Source: Patescibacteria group bacterium (GTDB taxonomy: Bacteria > Patescibacteriota > Patescibacteriia > Patescibacteriales > UBA12465). From it: 64,000 nucleotides of DNA. Below, one piece after another: positions 8,157 through 20,458 of the stretch (position 1 is the first letter of the stretch; each line of letters starts with the position of its first letter). The position numbers and the translations under genes are program-made. The notes beneath the pieces are model-generated. The model saw only the letters and a list, made by a program, of their open reading frames with translations. It ran no database searches and was not told where the DNA came from. Location of the stretch: assembly GCA_041664445.1 (NCBI GenBank), contig JBAYKT010000003.1, positions 6,282-70,281 on the forward strand, read 5' to 3'.

Positions 8157-9974
8157 TTATTTTTTGTTGGTCGCTGGAATTTCTAAAACTGCTTTTTCCA
8201 ATTTATACAAACCAAAATTACTATTCATTTTTTTTATCAGCGACATCTTAAGTTCGTAAGGCAAGAGTTTGCGCTCATTCAGGTAATTTACATCCTCTTC
8301 CTTCAAATAAAAATTATAATAATAAACTGGATAATAATTAACTAATTTGGAAACCGCGGTCAGCATTTCTGCGTCGGGGATTGTTCCCATAATTACCCGG
8401 CGATCAGGAAAGAAAAACTTATCATAATATCTAGTGATAATCACCGAATTATTTTCCGTTAAACTAAAAACGCGTTTAGCGTTATCTTTCTCTGCCAAAT
8501 TATTATAATAAAGATAAGCTAAACCTTCTTCCGAGCCGTACAAAACGAATAAAATACTAGCAGCGGAAATAATAAGTACTGCCGAGGATTGGATGCCGGC
8601 GATAATAATTCTTTTCCAGCGTCTTTTTGGATGGTCGCCGGAAAACATTATCGCTTGTGAAAATCTGGTAATCGCCAACGCGGCAATTGGCATCATCATT
8701 AAATAAATTGGCAGCCAATAGCGGGTATAAGAATTACCGATAGTAAACCGATTAGGATCAGGGTTATCGTTAAATTTCCAAGAGCCATAATAAAAAATCA
8801 AAATCGCGCTAATAATCGCAAACGCCAAAAAGTAAGCCAAATATTTTTTTTGAAATTTACGAATATTCAAGACCAGAATTATTAGACAGCCCAATAAAAA
8901 GGCGCCCAATAAAACCGGAAACATTTCTAAGATATAGTGCCGGGCCATGCCGATGGATTGGTCTTTGTTAAATCCAAAATAAAAAATATTATGATAAATA
9001 GTTTCCAAATAAGCGCCATATTTATTATCGCCGCTAAAAAAAGATTGGACCATCTGGGAGCCGGTTTTTGATAAATCATCAAGCGAACGGTTCATTTCGT
9101 TATAACCGCCATAAATCGGAGCTGAGTATAGCGCTTGATTAAAATAAGCATTCGGCAAAATCGCCAAAAACAAACCGCACAAGATTAAAATTAATTTAAT
9201 AATTCCCAGGCGCTTAGCATAAAATAGCCAAACTACAAAAGCAGCTGGAGCTAACCATAAAATTTCTGAGGACCGGGTTATTAGCGCTAAACCAAAAAAA
9301 ATTCCGCTGATAAACGCCGCCAACATTTGCCACCAAATTTTCAAATCAAGCTTAAAGGTTAAAAATTTCTTATAGACTGAAATTTTAATAGCCTCTGGCG
9401 CTTCTTCCGGTTTTTTCTTTCTGTTCCCCGCCGCTAGAACAATAAAATAAACAGCCGTCACTACCAAAACGATAAATAAAACATTATGGAACATGCTCCT
9501 AACGGTGTAATAGACATAAACCGGGAAGGTCGCCAATAAAAAAGCGGAAATAAGAGCAATGCGATCAGAAAATATTTTTTTAATCAGGGCATAAAAAATA
9601 ACTATACCTAGAGCCGCAAAAAATGGCGTTAAAAAAGGAATAACTGCCGAGCCAAAAATTGAACCGATTTCTCCATACATCAAAATTATTCCCAAAAAAC
9701 TCACCGGTTTCAGCCAGCCGGCATCACTGCGAACACTTCGCGGCATTACCATATTATCGCCAACAATTGCCGCCGCATCAAAATATGCTAAACTTTCTCC
9801 CTCGCTAAAACGTTTGGCAAAAAAATAATTGGCAGTTTCATCAGGCGAAGACCATTTAGTATAATCGACGCTTTGAGTAAAATAATTAAAACTAGAGGTC
9901 GCCACGAAAAAAACAGCCGCCAAAATAACGACCAGCGCAATATTTATATGAGCTTTAATTTTTATTTTCATCAT
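8157..9974 (-). CDS. GT-C fold glycosyltransferase (ArnT/PMT_2-like polytopic membrane protein)
   Basis: Many TM segments. The first loop WSSPDETANYFFAKRFSEGESL parallels the E. coli ArnT [21 protein letters not shown] motif. Start moved to the MMKIKIK ATG (9974). Confidence 0.6.
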   Translation of the reverse strand: MMKIKIKAHINIALVVILAAVFFVATSSFNYFTQSVDYTKWSSPDETANYFFAKRFSEGESLAYFDAAAIVGDNMVMPRSVRSDAGWLKPVSFLGIILMYGEIGSIFGSAVIPFLTPFFAALGIVIFYALIKKIFSDRIALISAFLLATFPVYVYYTVRSMFHNVLFIVLVVTAVYFIVLAAGNRKKKPEEAPEAIKISVYKKFLTFKLDLKIWWQMLAAFISGIFFGLALITRSSEILWLAPAAFVVWLFYAKRLGIIKLILILCGLFLAILPNAYFNQALYSAPIYGGYNEMNRSLDDLSKTGSQMVQSFFSGDNKYGAYLETIYHNIFYFGFNKDQSIGMARHYILEMFPVLLGAFLLGCLIILVLNIRKFQKKYLAYFLAFAIISAILIFYYGSWKFNDNPDPNRFTIGNSYTRYWLPIYLMMMPIAALAITRFSQAIMFSGDHPKRRWKRIIIAGIQSSAVLIISAASILFVLYGSEEGLAYLYYNNLAEKDNAKRVFSLTENNSVIITRYYDKFFFPDRRVIMGTIPDAEMLTAVSKLVNYYPVYYYNFYLKEEDVNYLNERKLLPYELKMSLIKKMNSNFGLYKLEKAVLEIPATNKK

Positions 9975-10033
9975 TTTAATGTTATCCGAAATTGCCAATT
10001 TTAGCAAGAATTTGCTATCATATAAACAAAGCT

Positions 10034-12010
10034 ATGGAACACCCAAAACAAGCAAAAATAAGCCAAAACCTTAAGATTCTGGTCGCCTTACTAATATTTT
10101 TTAGCGCGGCTGTTTATTATTTTTATCGGCTTGACTCCGGGGGGCTAATAATAACGATTATTTTATCTATAGTTAGCCTAATTTTTTTAAATAAATACCA
10201 ACTACTCGCTAGCGACAAAAACTTAGATTTAGTTGAAAAAATAAACACCAAGCAGACAAAAATATCAAAAACAGTCATTGTTTATTTAATACTACTGGCG
10301 GCCGCGACCTGGGAATTAATCCAGGGTCGTAGCGGACGACCGCTCATATCGCCCTGGGAGGTCGTAAGCAGCCATTTTTTCTGGTTCTATGCTCTCAGTT
10401 CCCTAACCCTCATAATTTCGTTAATGAACGCCAAATTGGCTTCAAAAACTAAATTAATATTAATTGGCAGCCATTATTTTTTAAGCTTGTCCGTAGCGGC
10501 GATTGTCTACAAAGTCGGATATGGTTTTGACCCCTTCATTCATCAGGCCGCCATGGAAATAATTAACCAAGCGGGGCTTATTTTTCCTAAAACGCCTTAT
10601 TATCTGGGTGAATATGGGTTCATTATAATTATCCATAAGCTCCTAGGCATTTCTATTTACGCTCTTAATAAATTCCTGGTCCCCTTAGCGGCCGCTTGCT
10701 TACTACCGAAAGCGGTTCATCAACTCTCTAAACTTTTAGCCCCTGGCGATGAAGAAAATAATTCCGTAAGTTTTTTAGGAACACTACTGGCCCTTACTTT
10801 AAGCCTGCCCCTATTTATTGTCAGCACCCCCCAAAATTTTAGTTATATCTTTGTCATTCTCGCGCTTACTAGCGGTTTGACGCTCCAGAAAAAAACCGAA
10901 ACTTTAATTTTCTCGCTGGCAGCGGCAGCTATTCACCCTATTTCCGGCATTCCAGTATTAATTTGGAGTGCTTGGCTGATCTTTAAAACTCATTTTCAAA
11001 CACTACAAATAAAATCGCAAAAAATTATTTCTGCCTTAATTTTATCGGGCGGAGCGCTTGTTTTGCCACTGGCGCTGTTTATAATTAGCGGCGGGAAAAC
11101 AGTTAATTTAAAATTTAATTTAACAATTCTAGGGACGACTTTGCGAGATATTTTTAGACTAGCGGCTGCTGGCCAAGAAAATTGGTTATTAAATCTGGTA
11201 TATTTTATTTTTTACAACTATAGACTCTTGGTTATCGCCTTAATCGCCGCCGGAATTATTATCTTTTATCAAAAAAAACAAACTAAACTTTCCGAAAAAG
11301 AAAGACATACCATTCGCGGCATTCTCTCAATCAATGCCTCTTTAATTTTAGCTTTTATTTTCAGTACTCAAATAGCTTTTGGGCAAATAATCGCCTACGA
11401 GCAGGATGGATATTCTAAACGCATCCTTAATATTATTGTTATTTTTTTCCTGCCCTTTATCGCCCTAGCAATTAATTGGTTAATCGCTAGAATAAGTTCC
11501 CAAAAAGAAAATTTGTTAAAATTTATTTGGCTGAGCTTGGCTGTCACCTTTATTACTATCTCCATATACACGGCTTATCCGCGCTTTGATAAATATTTTA
11601 ACTCTCGCGGCTACAGCACTAGTATTTTTGATTTAGAGGCTGTCCAAAAAATAGCAGTGGAAACTAAACAACCCTATATTGTTCTAGCCAACCAACAGGT
11701 TTCTGCCGGCGCGCTAAAACTTTTAGGATTTAATCACTATTTTAAAACCGCCAAAGGCGAAGAAATCTATTTTTATCCGATTCCGACCGGAGGCACTCTA
11801 TACCAATATTTTTTGGATATGGTTTATAAAAGTCCCGACCGCAAAACCATGTTAAATGCCATGGATACGGCCGGGACTAATGAAGCTTATCTAGTTATCA
11901 ATAAATATTGGAACGAAAGCGGTAAAATAATTGCCGCTGCTAAATTAAGCGCTGATTCTTGGAGCGTAATCGGTAATAATGAGGTCTTTATTTTCAAATA
12001 CAAACGCTAG
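10034..12010 (+). CDS. Large polytopic membrane protein, unknown function
   Basis: About 658 aa, more than 12 hydrophobic segments, soluble C-terminal domain. Start set at MEHPKQAK (10034). Divergent from the GT-C gene across a 59-bp spacer. No motif recognised. Confidence 0.4.
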   Translation: MEHPKQAKISQNLKILVALLIFFSAAVYYFYRLDSGGLIITIILSIVSLIFLNKYQLLASDKNLDLVEKINTKQTKISKTVIVYLILLAAATWELIQGRSGRPLISPWEVVSSHFFWFYALSSLTLIISLMNAKLASKTKLILIGSHYFLSLSVAAIVYKVGYGFDPFIHQAAMEIINQAGLIFPKTPYYLGEYGFIIIIHKLLGISIYALNKFLVPLAAACLLPKAVHQLSKLLAPGDEENNSVSFLGTLLALTLSLPLFIVSTPQNFSYIFVILALTSGLTLQKKTETLIFSLAAAAIHPISGIPVLIWSAWLIFKTHFQTLQIKSQKIISALILSGGALVLPLALFIISGGKTVNLKFNLTILGTTLRDIFRLAAAGQENWLLNLVYFIFYNYRLLVIALIAAGIIIFYQKKQTKLSEKERHTIRGILSINASLILAFIFSTQIAFGQIIAYEQDGYSKRILNIIVIFFLPFIALAINWLIARISSQKENLLKFIWLSLAVTFITISIYTAYPRFDKYFNSRGYSTSIFDLEAVQKIAVETKQPYIVLANQQVSAGALKLLGFNHYFKTAKGEEIYFYPIPTGGTLYQYFLDMVYKSPDRKTMLNAMDTAGTNEAYLVINKYWNESGKIIAAAKLSADSWSVIGNNEVFIFKYKR

Positions 12011-12011
12011 C

Positions 12012-14390
12012 TTAACGGCTTTCTTGAAAATCCCATACCGGTCCCACAGATATTACTTTATTACCTTGAGATTCATGAACTAAAACTTTTAATCTTATTT
12101 TTTCTAAACTCTCTTTAATCGTGGCTTTACTTGGAGAAGTAAGAGACAAGACTCGGCTAGCCCGAGTTTTTTGATCAACGGTGAACTTCCTGGCAAAGTC
12201 GGTAATAGTTGCGCTGTCGCGCTCGTCAAGCTCTTCCGAGGTCAGCTCTTTAATAATAATCTCGCGGATATCTTTCAAATCATTATCAATGTCTTGAAGA
12301 TTTTTAGCGGCTGAATTAAGTTCTTCGTTAAGACGAAGGGCGGTAAACATCTGCGCCAGCATATTATTAGTCGCGATTAATTCATTTATTAATGGCAAAT
12401 TCGGTTCCACGTAAACATTTTCATTATACTGAGAAAAATTTCCCAGGCTCTGTCCGGTGAAAACCGGAGTTACTGAGAACTTTTCCAGCGGCAGCTGCAA
12501 ATTAACCCAAGCAGCGGAAGCGGTTTCTAAATTTTGTGTCGACCACTGGTTGGAAGCGGCAAAAATCGGCATTTTTTTAGAATCCAAATTTAACACCGAT
12601 TTCATAATACTTAAGGTCGACCAATAATTAGAGGTGTGCCACAACGAAACGTCGCTGAGCCCAGCAACTAAGCCGGCGGCTTCTTTTTGATAATTAGTAT
12701 ATCTAGTATTTTTATCAAAGACCGAATTGCCAGCGAGCGGATAGATCAAATTTATAATATCCAGAGAAAAGCCATTGCAGCGTCGGATAGTTTTTTGATA
12801 ATCACAAGCAGTAACGTCGCCGACCACCTTGCTTGAAGTCCCCTGATAATTACCGACTAAAGGCCAGGTCAAACGATTAAAAATATAATCGTTAGGCCAA
12901 TAAGATTCAGCTAACATCTTAAACCCAATTGTTGGCCGAATACTGGCGTCGGTCTTACTGATTGCCCCCTGAATGGTTTTGTAATCGTGAGCAAAAAGTT
13001 GGTTTTTTAATTTTTCTAAATTAGCCGCCGCCTCCGGGTTACTATCGGCAAACAAATCATCAACGCTATAATTATCACCGAACAAGGCCACTAGCGAATC
13101 ATGATAATTAACATAATCTATTTCATCGCGCAAACCCTTAAAGAAGGCCATGAGTTTATATATTTTTGCCCAACGATTTTTTAAGTCGGGGCGGCTGGAA
13201 AAATCGGTACTTATTAAGCTAGCGGCAATCATACTTAAGCGCCAATCTTCTTTATCTAAAAGACAACTAGGGCAAGCGCTGCTTTGATATTCTAAAGGAA
13301 AAGTGGAACTAAGCCATTTAGTCGCCAAATAAAAATTATTAAGCTTGGCGTCGATTTTATACTCGGCCGGAACATTGAAATCAGCGTAATTTTTTTTATA
13401 AAGCAAATTAGGAGATTTAACATTTTGCCTACCTTCCTTAATTAAAGCCAGTTCCTTGGCAACGTCATCCTTTAAATAAGGAGGAATAGTTAAATAAAAT
13501 CTTTCCACATCACCGGCGCTAAATTTGCTTTTACTATCAATGGCTCCTTGAGGTGATATCTGATCAGCATCCGGTTTTAAAAGCTCTAAAGAAACAGCAA
13601 AGAAGGCCATCTCCAAGCGTTGCCCCTCTAAAATTGAATCATTAATGTCGCCGATTGAAGCTAATCTGTTTTCGTAGCGATTCTTGGCTAAATTATAAAG
13701 TTCTTTGTTAATCAGCCATAGATTATCATAAAAAATATTGCTTTCAATATCTTTAAAAACACTTTTAAGCGTGTTTTGATAGTAATAAATTAAAAAATCA
13801 GAAGTAATTAAAACCGGGATTTGCTTTTCATCCAAACGTTGATATATAGAATAAAAATCATTAGCCTCATTCTGCCAAGGATTATCAACGACCGCAAACC
13901 CGCTATTATTTAAGCTATTTATTCCCGGCTCCAAATCCAACTTACGCGATAAATCGTAATAATTCATGCCGTCTTTTTTAATATTAAGCGGCAAAGCATA
14001 ATCTTCTATTTTAAAATCCAAATTATTATCGGGAGCCTTGTAAAAATCGGTAAAAGCTAAATACTCGACCGCTAAATTTGATAAAGTGGAGGAAGCGGAA
14101 GAGGAGGCAGTGCCGTCAGGATTATTCAAATCCGGTAATGTGCTTGAAGAATTAAAATTATTTTCGGAAGTGGTTGTGGCTGTCGGTTCTAAAGGCACCT
14201 GTGGCTCAACTTGATATTTTTTAACGATTAAAAAAATCGCAAGCGCCAAAACAAGCACTGCCAAAACCAGGGAGACAATCAAAATTATTTTCTTGATTGG
14301 TCTCTTTGATTCCGGGTCGGACGGCTCGGGCGAAAATTGGTATTGCTTTTCCTGTTCAGGCGAAATAACAATTGGTTGTTCAGAAAACAT
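12012..14390 (-). CDS. Membrane-anchored large extracytoplasmic protein (possibly DUF3160-like)
   Basis: 792 aa. One N-terminal TM (IILIVSLVLAVLVLALAIFLIV), a Ser/Thr-rich linker, then a large domain. The family assignment is from memory of DUF3160-like sequence character and is unverified. Confidence 0.35.
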   Translation of the reverse strand: MFSEQPIVISPEQEKQYQFSPEPSDPESKRPIKKIILIVSLVLAVLVLALAIFLIVKKYQVEPQVPLEPTATTTSENNFNSSSTLPDLNNPDGTASSSASSTLSNLAVEYLAFTDFYKAPDNNLDFKIEDYALPLNIKKDGMNYYDLSRKLDLEPGINSLNNSGFAVVDNPWQNEANDFYSIYQRLDEKQIPVLITSDFLIYYYQNTLKSVFKDIESNIFYDNLWLINKELYNLAKNRYENRLASIGDINDSILEGQRLEMAFFAVSLELLKPDADQISPQGAIDSKSKFSAGDVERFYLTIPPYLKDDVAKELALIKEGRQNVKSPNLLYKKNYADFNVPAEYKIDAKLNNFYLATKWLSSTFPLEYQSSACPSCLLDKEDWRLSMIAASLISTDFSSRPDLKNRWAKIYKLMAFFKGLRDEIDYVNYHDSLVALFGDNYSVDDLFADSNPEAAANLEKLKNQLFAHDYKTIQGAISKTDASIRPTIGFKMLAESYWPNDYIFNRLTWPLVGNYQGTSSKVVGDVTACDYQKTIRRCNGFSLDIINLIYPLAGNSVFDKNTRYTNYQKEAAGLVAGLSDVSLWHTSNYWSTLSIMKSVLNLDSKKMPIFAASNQWSTQNLETASAAWVNLQLPLEKFSVTPVFTGQSLGNFSQYNENVYVEPNLPLINELIATNNMLAQMFTALRLNEELNSAAKNLQDIDNDLKDIREIIIKELTSEELDERDSATITDFARKFTVDQKTRASRVLSLTSPSKATIKESLEKIRLKVLVHESQGNKVISVGPVWDFQESR

Positions 14391-14394
14391 ATTT

Positions 14395-15330
14395 TTATTT
14401 CAAATATTTATATTTGTTATTTAAATGCTCATCGTAAGTTTTAGCATAATAAATATTTTTACCATCAAGACTAGTTAAAAAATAATTATAATCCGTTTTA
14501 ATCGGATAAATTGCGGCCTCTAAAGCTCTAAGCCCGGGGTTGCAAATCGGCGTTGGCGGCAAACCTTTATACTTATAACTATTATAAGGGGAGTCCACCT
14601 CCAAATCAGAACCAGAATGAGCCGGATTGCTATCATTTAATAAATATGAAAGCGTGGCGTCTGATTGTAGGGCCTGACCAGTCTTTAGGCGCCCCCAAAA
14701 AATATCAGAAACAATCCGCGCATCTCTATTTTCCGAATCAGCATAATTAATCAAGGCTTCCTTTTCTATCAAAGAGGCCATAATCACAATTTCGTAAATT
14801 GTTTTGCCTTGAGCCGCAATATCAGCGCGCATTTGTGAAGTCAGTTTATTGTCAAAATTACTTAACATTTTATAGACGATGTCTGTAGTGGAAGCATCGG
14901 CGTAAACTCGATAGGTATCAGGAAAAAGAAAGCCTTCCAGGCTATAATAATTCGGCTTGTCTTGCAAAAAACTAAACTTATCGGAAAAATCTAGCGGCCT
15001 ATCCGAGTTTTTAAGGGTACGATAATCTAACTTGGAAATACCAATAACTTTGTCTAAATCTTCACGAGACCATTTTCCAAAAGAAAGCAGATAACTATCA
15101 ACATCCTCGACAGTCCAGCCCTCCAAAATTTTAATAGTTTCTTCCGGCCGATAAACTACATCGCTGGGTTTTTGGCGTTTCTCGCGAACGTCTATCCAAT
15201 TTTCAATAAACGTCGGCAGATAAGTTTTATTCTTTTTAACGACTTCGCGATAAAATGGTTTTACCAAAAGAGCCAGCACTAAAATAATAGCGGCAACGAG
15301 AATCAATTTTAATGTTAAGGACTTATCCAT
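14395..15330 (-). CDS. mltG: Endolytic murein transglycosylase MltG (YceG family)
   Basis: N-terminal TM, LEGFLFPDTY, ASLIEKEA, SPYNSYKYKGLPPTPICNPG. Confidence 0.85.
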   Translation of the reverse strand: MDKSLTLKLILVAAIILVLALLVKPFYREVVKKNKTYLPTFIENWIDVREKRQKPSDVVYRPEETIKILEGWTVEDVDSYLLSFGKWSREDLDKVIGISKLDYRTLKNSDRPLDFSDKFSFLQDKPNYYSLEGFLFPDTYRVYADASTTDIVYKMLSNFDNKLTSQMRADIAAQGKTIYEIVIMASLIEKEALINYADSENRDARIVSDIFWGRLKTGQALQSDATLSYLLNDSNPAHSGSDLEVDSPYNSYKYKGLPPTPICNPGLRALEAAIYPIKTDYNYFLTSLDGKNIYYAKTYDEHLNNKYKYLK

Positions 15331-15332
15331 AA

Positions 15333-15827
15333 TTATTTTTTAGAAGCCAGCTTGGCTTGTTCATCCAGCTTGGCTTTCTCCGCCTTTAAAATGGCGGCGC
15401 GAGCAATTAACTCCGAACTAGCTCTAATTTTTTTACCCAAGCCATCAACCATCTCAATTCCAAATTTTTTACAAATCGGATATTCAGGCACATCGCCGAT
15501 ACTATGGCGATCGCCACCGTTAGCAAAAATATTCGGCTTAATTTTGGTTAACGAGCGGCACACGGTTTTATCTCCATCAATTGATAAAAAAACCTCATCA
15601 ACTCCTTTTAGGGCGCCAATAACTCTCATTCTATCGGCTTCTGACATAAAAGGGACGCTACCTTTAAGTTTTACTTGCTTATCATTATTAACAATAACCA
15701 CTAACCTATCTCCCAGCTTAGCTGCTTTAGCAATCATATCTAAATGGCCAACGTGAAGCGGATTAAAATAGCCGGAAACAACAACTACGACCGGCTTTTT
15801 ATTAGATGCTTTTTTAACAGTAATCAT
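15333..15827 (-). CDS. Cytidylyltransferase-fold nucleotidyltransferase (HxGH; TagD/RfaE-domain-II-like)
   Basis: VVVSGYFNPLHVGHLDMI (HxGH motif) and FANGGDR. Lys/Ala-rich C-terminal tail. Substrate not assignable. Confidence 0.65.
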   Translation of the reverse strand: MITVKKASNKKPVVVVVSGYFNPLHVGHLDMIAKAAKLGDRLVVIVNNDKQVKLKGSVPFMSEADRMRVIGALKGVDEVFLSIDGDKTVCRSLTKIKPNIFANGGDRHSIGDVPEYPICKKFGIEMVDGLGKKIRASSELIARAAILKAEKAKLDEQAKLASKK

Positions 15828-15945
15828 ATTTAAGGAATTTATTTTTAATGATTATATTATAGCAAAAAATTGGATAGATTAAAACAAAAAGCAGGGGTTT
15901 ATTTATCGCCTTATTTAGGGTAAAATGAGGATATAATAAAAATAT

Positions 15946-16743
15946 ATGACTATTATCCAATCCCTTATTCTCGGCTTAATTGAGGGTTTAACGGAATTTC
16001 TGCCAATTTCTTCAACGGCGCATCTGATTATTACTGCCAATTGGTTAAAAATACCAGATTCAGAATCCCTAAAAAGCTTTCTAATTGCCATTCAATTAGG
16101 AGCAATTTTGTCGGTAGCAGTTTTGTATGCCAAAACCATCATTAAAAGTCCCAAATTGATTTGGAAAATTGCCGCCGCCTTTATCCCGACCTCTATTATC
16201 GGCCTCGCGGCTTATAAGCTTGTAAAGGGTTATCTGATGGAAAGCCTGCCAATAATTGCCGGGGCGCTCATTATAGGCGGCTTAATTTTGATTATTTTGG
16301 AAAAATATTTTTCTAAAAAGGCGCTAACAAGCACTGTTATTAAACAACCGAACGAAGCCGAGCTGAGCGCTATTACCTACCGCCAAGCAGCTATTATCGG
16401 CGCTTACCAAGCTCTAGCTGTTGTTCCCGGAGTCTCTCGCTCCGCGGCGACCATTATGGGTGGCTTATCATTAGGCATCTCTCGCAAAAATATCATTGAA
16501 TTTTCCTTTTTACTGGCCATGCCGACCATGTTGGCTGCTACCGCCTTTGATTTATATAAAAATCCCCCGATATTAAGTAACCAGGAGATTATCGTTTGGG
16601 CGTTGGGTTTTGTGATGGCTTTTATAACCGCAATTTTGGGAATTAAATTCTTTTTGCACTATATTCAAAAAAATAACTTTATTATTTTTGGCTGGTATAG
16701 AATTGTAGCCGGATTAATTATTACCGCTTATATATTATTATAA
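15946..16743 (+). CDS. uppP: Undecaprenyl-diphosphate phosphatase
   Basis: LGLIEGLTEFLPISSTAHL, PGVSRSAATI. 265 aa, polytopic. Confidence 0.9.
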   Translation: MTIIQSLILGLIEGLTEFLPISSTAHLIITANWLKIPDSESLKSFLIAIQLGAILSVAVLYAKTIIKSPKLIWKIAAAFIPTSIIGLAAYKLVKGYLMESLPIIAGALIIGGLILIILEKYFSKKALTSTVIKQPNEAELSAITYRQAAIIGAYQALAVVPGVSRSAATIMGGLSLGISRKNIIEFSFLLAMPTMLAATAFDLYKNPPILSNQEIIVWALGFVMAFITAILGIKFFLHYIQKNNFIIFGWYRIVAGLIITAYILL

Positions 16744-16764
16744 TTTACCCAAAAAAATTTCCCG

Positions 16765-16792
16765 CAAAAAAACCGCTTTATGGGCGGTTTTT
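16765..16792. terminator. Bidirectional rho-independent terminator (uppP / end of atp operon)
   Basis: aaaaaaa-CCGC-tttatgg-GCGG-ttttt. The flanking A and T runs extend the stem. Confidence 0.7.
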
Positions 16793-16814
16793 AAATCCAG
16801 TTTAATTTTTAGAG

Positions 16815-17648
16815 TTAAACTTGTTGAGCCAGAACTTCCTGTGGAGCGATAAAGCCATTTACTTTTACCAAGCCGTCATAGTCAGCCGCAATTTCTTCAG
16901 CCATCTTAGTTAACTGTTCATATTGAGCTTCATCTTTAGCGGAAATAATAAGATAAAAAGGATTCTCTTTATCAAATCTTTTTCCAAAAGAATGGTCACC
17001 CAGAGCAATGCCAATTAAAGCTTTGGCTTCGGTTTTCTGATATTCAGCACTTAAACCAAAATGAGCTGCCGAGCTAATAAATTGGCCCGGGAAACCCTCT
17101 AAATCGGCGACATTAAAGCGACCAGTTCCCTCTAAAACAAGCGTACGCTCATTATGGATAGGTGAAGTAAATTCATCGTGGTGAACTTCACGATAAGCAT
17201 TGCCGGTATCAGCCACTAATTCTTTGGCTTTTTGATAACCATAATTATCACTGTCCGGACCCGGATGAGCAATGCCAGCAGCACCGCAATTTTCGTGGCC
17301 AGTAATAGTCAGCCCTTGCTCTTTAATTGCTTTAACTAAAATCTCGCGATCTTCAGAATTAAGCAATAAGCCCTCTCCAGCCAAAGCCAATTTCCCTAAA
17401 TGGGAATTAACTCGGCCGTCAGAACATTCAAGGCAAGTTAGTTTATGGGCAAAAGCCTCTTTAAAGCCAGGAAGCGCAAATAATTTTTCTTGAAAACCTT
17501 CTCCGGCTTTCAGCGCTTCAATCAACTCATTTTTTTGGCCCTTCTCCCATTCTTTGTTAAATAACTCGTCATGATTTTCATGACCTTCATCATGTTTGTC
17601 CATTTTTTCAGTTTTGATGTGATTAAACATATTTTTTTCTCCAAACAT
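16815..17648 (-). CDS. Beta-carbonic-anhydrase-like protein (divergent), last gene of the atp operon
   Basis: CSDGRV (aa 75-80) and GHENCGAAG (aa 117-125) match the two beta-CA zinc-ligand motifs, CxDxR and HxxCG; compare E. coli Can CSDSRV and GHYGCGG. His/Glu-rich N-terminus. Starts 4 nt after the atpC stop. Confidence 0.45.
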   Translation of the reverse strand: MFGEKNMFNHIKTEKMDKHDEGHENHDELFNKEWEKGQKNELIEALKAGEGFQEKLFALPGFKEAFAHKLTCLECSDGRVNSHLGKLALAGEGLLLNSEDREILVKAIKEQGLTITGHENCGAAGIAHPGPDSDNYGYQKAKELVADTGNAYREVHHDEFTSPIHNERTLVLEGTGRFNVADLEGFPGQFISSAAHFGLSAEYQKTEAKALIGIALGDHSFGKRFDKENPFYLIISAKDEAQYEQLTKMAEEIAADYDGLVKVNGFIAPQEVLAQQV

Positions 17649-17652
17649 ATTT

Positions 17653-18099
17653 TTATTTTCCTGGATTTACATTTTTAAGGCGGCGCCACTTATTAAGAGC
17701 GCGTTCGCGGGCCAATTCCTTTTCAATCTTAGCGGCGATATTGGTAAATTGAACATCATCAACATTTTTGGCTTCTTCCTTAAGTTTCTCAGCCTTCTCT
17801 CTAGCCTCTTTAATCCGCGCCTCATCAAGTTCTTCCGCTCTTTCGGCTGTATCAGCCAAAATAACAACCTTGTCTTTCATGACCTCCAAAAATCCGCCAG
17901 AAACCGCCATAATCTCCACGACGTTATCTGCGCGCTTAATCTCAATAACTCCTGGTTGCAAAATAGAAACCAGGGGAATATGATCCGGAAGCACTGTTAT
18001 TTCTCCGCTGGCAGTTGGCACAGTAATTTGTAAAATTTCCTGTTTAAGAACCACCTTCTCCGGAGTAACAATTTCAAATTTTATTGTCTTAATAGACAT
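17653..18099 (-). CDS. atpC: F1 ATP synthase epsilon subunit
   Basis: Position after atpD. Beta-sandwich N-terminus plus a helical Glu/Lys-rich C-terminus. 148 aa. Confidence 0.85.
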   Translation of the reverse strand: MSIKTIKFEIVTPEKVVLKQEILQITVPTASGEITVLPDHIPLVSILQPGVIEIKRADNVVEIMAVSGGFLEVMKDKVVILADTAERAEELDEARIKEAREKAEKLKEEAKNVDDVQFTNIAAKIEKELARERALNKWRRLKNVNPGK

Positions 18100-18102
18100 A
18101 AA

Positions 18103-20456
<2,354 letters not shown>

Positions 20457-20458
20457 AC

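Noticed and set aside
15352-15756. 134-aa ORF antisense to the nucleotidyltransferase gene
   Set aside because: It is entirely nested opposite a gene with a clear HxGH motif. Its low-complexity Ser/Leu/Pro composition is typical of antisense translation.
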